Positions 62,871 to 64,000 of a stretch of 64,000 nucleotides of DNA are shown here, piece by piece. A program made the position numbers and the translations under genes. A model generated the notes under the pieces. It ran no database searches and was not told where the DNA came from. It worked only from the letters and a program-made list of their open reading frames with translations. This DNA is from Candidatus Aeolococcus gillhamiae (lineage in GTDB: Bacteria > Chloroflexota > Dormibacteria > Aeolococcales > Aeolococcaceae), in NCBI GenBank assembly GCA_003244045.1, contig QHBU01000256.1:9892-73891 (forward strand), read 5' to 3'. Position 1 is the first letter of the stretch. Every line of letters starts with the position of its first letter.

Positions 62871-62997
62871 GGCGCGGATTGTGGCTCGAAACGCGCAGAT
62901 CAGCGTGGCCGCCTCGGGACAAACGGCGCGACTCGCATGGTGAAGAAACGGCAACGAGTGGCGGCCATTCGCGCCACCCGCCGTCATACTCGCGCCT

Positions 62998-64000
62998 GTG
63001 ACCCAGGCACTCGCGGCGCTTCAATGGGCGGTGGCCGCGGCGCTCTTCGTGCTCGGCCTGGTGACCGTCGTCGACTGGGTGCGTCACCATGGTCGCACCC
63101 GGCGCTACCTTGCGGCCGCGGTCGGCTTCCTCGGCGTCATCTCGTTGCTCGGCCGGGTCGGGCAGGTGTCGGGCTTTGCCGGAGCGGTGCTCTCCGCGGT
63201 GAGCATCTTCCTCTTGATGGCGTCTGCGCTGGGCTTCGCGCTCTTCCGCGACAGCCTCGTCCCGATGCAGCGATGGGCGCTGTGGACGTGCGTGGGGGGC
63301 GTGGCGCTGGTCACGGCCGCAGCCATTGCCGTCAACCTCGACGGAAACACCACCAAGCCTGGCGCCCTGTCATGGGCGATCGACATCGTGCTTCTGCTCA
63401 CCTGGTGCGCGGTGGTGGGAGCGGCGATTCTGCGCCTCTGGATGGTGTCGGGCAGCTTGCCGAGGGTGCAGCGGGCCCGCATCCGGGCGCTCAGCGCGGG
63501 CTTCGCCGGGATCATCCTGGCAGTTCTCGGCGTTGTCGCCACGGTGGGCGTCGACAGCCCGGCGCAGCAGATCGCGGTCGAGAGCGTGGTGTTCCTGAGC
63601 ATTCCGCTGCTGGCGGTGGCGCTATCGCCTCCCCGGTGGCTGCGCCGCGTGTGGCGCGAGTCCGAGGAGATCCAGCTGCGCCACGCGCTCAACAACCTGC
63701 TGCTCTTCTCCCCCGATGAGGAGACTCTGGCGGCGCGCGCTCTCGAATGGGCGGCACGCCTGCTCGGTGGCGGCGCGGCGATGCTCGCCCTCGACGGCCG
63801 TGTGCTGGCGCTGAGCGGGATCAGCGAGGCCGACGGCGAACGCCTCCACCGCGAGCTTGAGGGGATGCGCAAGTCTGCCGGTCTCTCGTTCACGAGCACT
63901 CTCGGGGCCGCGGCGGTGGTGCCGCTCAACGCGCAGGCGGGCGACGGATATCTCGCGGTCCTCGCGGGCCCGTTCACACCACTGTTCGGCGACGAGGAGC
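62998..64000 (+). CDS. Multi-TM sensor protein with GAF-like region (3' truncated by window)
   Basis: Open frame from GTG 62998 (MTQALAALQWAV...) with about 7 hydrophobic helices, running off the window. Confidence 0.65.
   Translation, partial: MTQALAALQWAVAAALFVLGLVTVVDWVRHHGRTRRYLAAAVGFLGVISLLGRVGQVSGFAGAVLSAVSIFLLMASALGFALFRDSLVPMQRWALWTCVGGVALVTAAAIAVNLDGNTTKPGALSWAIDIVLLLTWCAVVGAAILRLWMVSGSLPRVQRARIRALSAGFAGIILAVLGVVATVGVDSPAQQIAVESVVFLSIPLLAVALSPPRWLRRVWRESEEIQLRHALNNLLLFSPDEETLAARALEWAARLLGGGAAMLALDGRVLALSGISEADGERLHRELEGMRKSAGLSFTSTLGAAAVVPLNAQAGDGYLAVLAGPFTPLFGDEE

Overview
High-GC bacterial chromosome segment. Gene content and order suggest a Chloroflexi-related/Dormibacterota-like soil organism, which is inference only. 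Most of the window is housekeeping: ddl(partial)-hydrolase-murF-ftsQ, metF, ftsA-ftsZ-nrdR-yggS-lspA-rluD-gmk-coaC/coaB, priA-def-fmt-smpB, hflX, aquaporin, bcp, acs-satP, dnaK, pcm, ECF sigma/anti-sigma, gatCAB-rlmD, dnaE, yggT-lgt. The main accessory feature is a ~9.8 kb integrative mobilizable element (23756-33522) inserted in the 3' end of the tmRNA gene, bounded by a 24-bp direct repeat and paired arm-type repeats. It carries a tyrosine integrase, excisionase, MOBF relaxase-helicase, two divergent nucleases (GIY-YIG/T5orf172 and wHTH-HNH), a RelE/ParE-like TA pair and a lipoprotein. The most novel candidate system lies at its right end: a LexA-box-containing, apparently leaderless promoter driving a PycTM/DUF5706-like membrane protein followed by two paralogous Pro-rich micropeptides not called as genes in the ORF track. 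Other notable signals are tandem NrdR-like boxes 32 bp apart in front of ftsA-ftsZ-nrdR and a LexA-like box at dnaE. All family assignments come from motif recognition by eye, not database searches.
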